Source of the DNA: an uncultured Nitrososphaeraceae archaeon
GTDB lineage: Archaea > Thermoproteota > Nitrososphaeria > Nitrososphaerales > Nitrososphaeraceae
DNA: 64,000 nucleotides
Assembly (NCBI GenBank): GCA_963779615.1
Contig: CAVZZA010000001.1
Span: 512,001 to 576,000 of the forward strand
Reading direction: 5' to 3'
The position numbers were made by a program, and so were the translations under genes. Numbering within the stretch: position 1 is the first letter of the stretch; the number at the start of each line of letters is the position of its first letter. Shown in pieces: positions 61,668 to 64,000 of this stretch. The notes under the pieces are model-generated. The model made no database searches and was not told the origin of the DNA. It saw nothing but the letters and a program-made list of their open reading frames with translations.

Positions 61668-61728
61668 TAGTTGTTTTCTTTATCTATATCCATTTAAAAT
61701 AAATTAATGAATTTATCATAATGATTTT

Positions 61729-63054
61729 GTGAAGGTTTCTATTTCGGGAATTAGAGGAATATTTGGGGTTGATCTAAGCCTTCAGGAAATACGTAGGTTT
61801 TCAAGGCTTTTTGGTTCGTATGTTCATAGTAATTTTGATCAATCATCTTGTGTTATTGCTCAAGACAGTAGGCCATCGGGAAAAATTATCCGTGATGTTG
61901 TAATAGGCTGTCTTTTGGGGCAAGGGCTAAATGTTGATGATTTAGGCATTGTTCCTACTCCTGTATTATTTCGAGAATCAAGAAAATACAGCGGTTCAAT
62001 AATGATTACTGCTTCTCATAATCCAATGGAATGGAATGGACTAAAGCTATTAGTTAACGGAAGAGGATTATTTGAAGAAGAATTAAATCTTTTATTAAAA
62101 CACCCAATCCGTGAGTACACAAGTATTGGCGAGTATCACAAAATTAATTCAAGTTATTTGAATGATTTGATGAATTATATTCCTATTTCTAATGATATTG
62201 AACCCGATTTTAAAATCGGCCTGGATTTTGGAGGTGGTGCTGCCTGTAATTATGTTAATAGATTGTGTCAAGTTTACAAAATAAAATACTTGAGTATAAA
62301 CGATCGGTACGGTTTTTCTTCTAGAGGTCCAGATCCAACCTCTGACCATTTAGATGAGTTACGTGAGTTGGTTAAATTAAACAAACTAAATTTTGGGTTT
62401 GCATTTGATATGGATGGCGACAGGTTAGTGATTGTTAATAATAAAGGGGAACTTCTTAGCCCTGATTTGACCCTTTTATTGTGTATCTCAGGTGCAATTC
62501 GCAATAAGATTAACAAGTTTGTCATAAGCTTAGATTCAAGTATTTCAATTGAAAAATATATCAAAGCATATGGCGGTAAAGTCTTTTATTCCAAGGTTGG
62601 GGAATCTAATGTTATAAAAAAAATATCTGAAGTTAATGGTGAATCTGGCGGCGAGGGTAGCAGTGGCGGTTTTATCATGCCCAACTTTACATCATGCAGA
62701 GATGGACTTTTAGCTAGTATAATGATTTGTTCATTAAATCAAAAAATGATAGATGAATGTCTTGACCTGGCTTCAAATTTTAAACAAATCAGAACAAAAC
62801 TCCCAATCAACCCTGAAATTAACCTAAATGATATGCTTGAAAAAATATTTGAGGTTCTAACACCCTATTCAAGTCAAGTGATAGATGATGATGGATTTAA
62901 ATTTATTCTTGATGATGACTCCTGGGTTCTTGTTAGAGCATCGAATACAGAACACGTTCTAAGAATATCTTTAGAATCTGAAAAAAATCGCTGCCATTCC
63001 CTATATGAGTTGATTTATAATAAAATATACGAGATTTATGAAAAGAGTTCATGA
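61729..63054 (+). CDS. Phosphomannomutase/phosphoglucomutase family
   Basis: SGIRG, ITASHNP, FDMDGDR, GGEGS and VLVRASNTE motifs. Confidence 0.93.
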   Translation: MKVSISGIRGIFGVDLSLQEIRRFSRLFGSYVHSNFDQSSCVIAQDSRPSGKIIRDVVIGCLLGQGLNVDDLGIVPTPVLFRESRKYSGSIMITASHNPMEWNGLKLLVNGRGLFEEELNLLLKHPIREYTSIGEYHKINSSYLNDLMNYIPISNDIEPDFKIGLDFGGGAACNYVNRLCQVYKIKYLSINDRYGFSSRGPDPTSDHLDELRELVKLNKLNFGFAFDMDGDRLVIVNNKGELLSPDLTLLLCISGAIRNKINKFVISLDSSISIEKYIKAYGGKVFYSKVGESNVIKKISEVNGESGGEGSSGGFIMPNFTSCRDGLLASIMICSLNQKMIDECLDLASNFKQIRTKLPINPEINLNDMLEKIFEVLTPYSSQVIDDDGFKFILDDDSWVLVRASNTEHVLRISLESEKNRCHSLYELIYNKIYEIYEKSS

Positions 63055-64000
63055 AAAGCAGATATTGTCTTTACTTATGTCTAAATTGGGTCCTGACAAT
63101 ATAGATCCTTTATTTGGTAAAGATGATATCTCTATGGTTTCATTAAATAAAATTGTGAAAATGGCAAACAACGACTATTCCTTAGCAATTACCTGCGATA
63201 TGTTGGTAGAACATACTGATGTACCGCCCAAAATGACATTCAGGCAAATAGCTAGGAAGTCTCTTGTTTCTTGCATGAGTGATTTAAGTACAAAAAGGAA
63301 TAAAACCAATTGTTGCATTAATATCTTTAGGAATACCTAGATACCTAAACAGGTGGAATGTTGATGATATCATCAAGGGGTTTTCGCTGACATCAAAGGA
63401 GTTTGGTTTTTTTGTAATCGGCGGTGATATTAATGAATCTAAAGAGCTTATTATTGACTGTTGCATGTTGGGTTTTCCCAGCAATAAATTGAAGGTCCCT
63501 AGAAGAAATGGTGCTGCTGCTGGTGATTATGTAGTAGTTTCCGGTTCATTTGGATATAGCTCTTCAGGTTTAAAGATTTTACTAAATGATTTAAGGTGCC
63601 CTAATTATCTATTTCGAAAGATGTCTATTGACTCTGTTTTAAATCCATCTCCCCCCATTAAATTTGGATTAAAATTGTCTCACTATCTTTCCTCCTCAAT
63701 AGATTCAAGTGATGGTCTTGCTTTATCGTTATACGAATTAGCTAAAGGGAGTAATGTCGATCTATTGATATATAAGGATAAAATACCGATTCCTTCAGAA
63801 TTGCAAAAATTTTCAACAATGAATAATCTCGACATAGATGATCTGATATATTATGGTGGAGAAGAATATCATGTAATTGGAACAGTTTCGAAAAAAAACC
63901 TAAGAAAAGTTAATGCCCTGGCAAAAAAACACTGTCTGAATTTTTTCATCATCGGTAGGGCCGTTGACGGCATAGGCAAAGTTTTTGAAATCTGCTCTAA
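63038..64000 (+). CDS. thiL: Thiamine-monophosphate kinase; +1 frameshift in the A-run at 63292-63296; runs off the window
   Basis: KDD, TCDMLVEHTD and SDL in frame 1. After the shift the frame reads KGIKP, IGGD, RRNGA, SIDSSDGL and GGEEY and stays open to 64000. Confidence 0.88.

Overview
This AT-rich archaeal window has the gene content and order of an ammonia-oxidising thaumarchaeote (Nitrososphaerales). The low GC suggests a Nitrosocosmicus-like genome, which is an inference. From left to right it holds five blocks. (1) 1-6631: the right end of an integrated element in tRNA-Val(TAC), with a tyrosine integrase, an RHH regulator, a P-loop Rep/helicase-like gene containing inverted 9-bp iterons, and DUF5131 cargo. 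(2) glnA, GINS51, a cupredoxin, a sufC/ChdC-like/DUF1802/AKR/ahbAB heme-related cluster and an intron-containing tRNA-Pro. (3) A urea-utilisation region: ParB-like and Lrp regulators, a UT-type urea channel, ureABC, an embedded divergent chaperonin plus an unknown ORF, ureEFGD and a metal ABC transporter with a His-rich tail. (4) Core genes: NDH-2, a cytosine/HMP permease, queC, rfcS, GINS23, mcm, aIF2beta and grpE-dnaK-dnaJ. (5) Two tRNAs with two introns each (Leu-CAG and initiator Met, the latter overlapped by tiaS), hisI, a ThrC-like PLP enzyme next to a ubiquitin-like/E1 fusion, an acidic repeat protein, OGG1, a beta-CASP RNase, two mosaic-identical methyltransferase paralogues, ferredoxin, PMM and thiL. 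The strongest leads are a possible sulfur-carrier-dependent homocysteine route, a urease-dedicated chaperonin module, the intragenic iteron origin and the patchwork-identical methyltransferase pair. Three single-base frameshifts suggest assembly indels. All functional calls come from motif recognition by eye; no searches were run.
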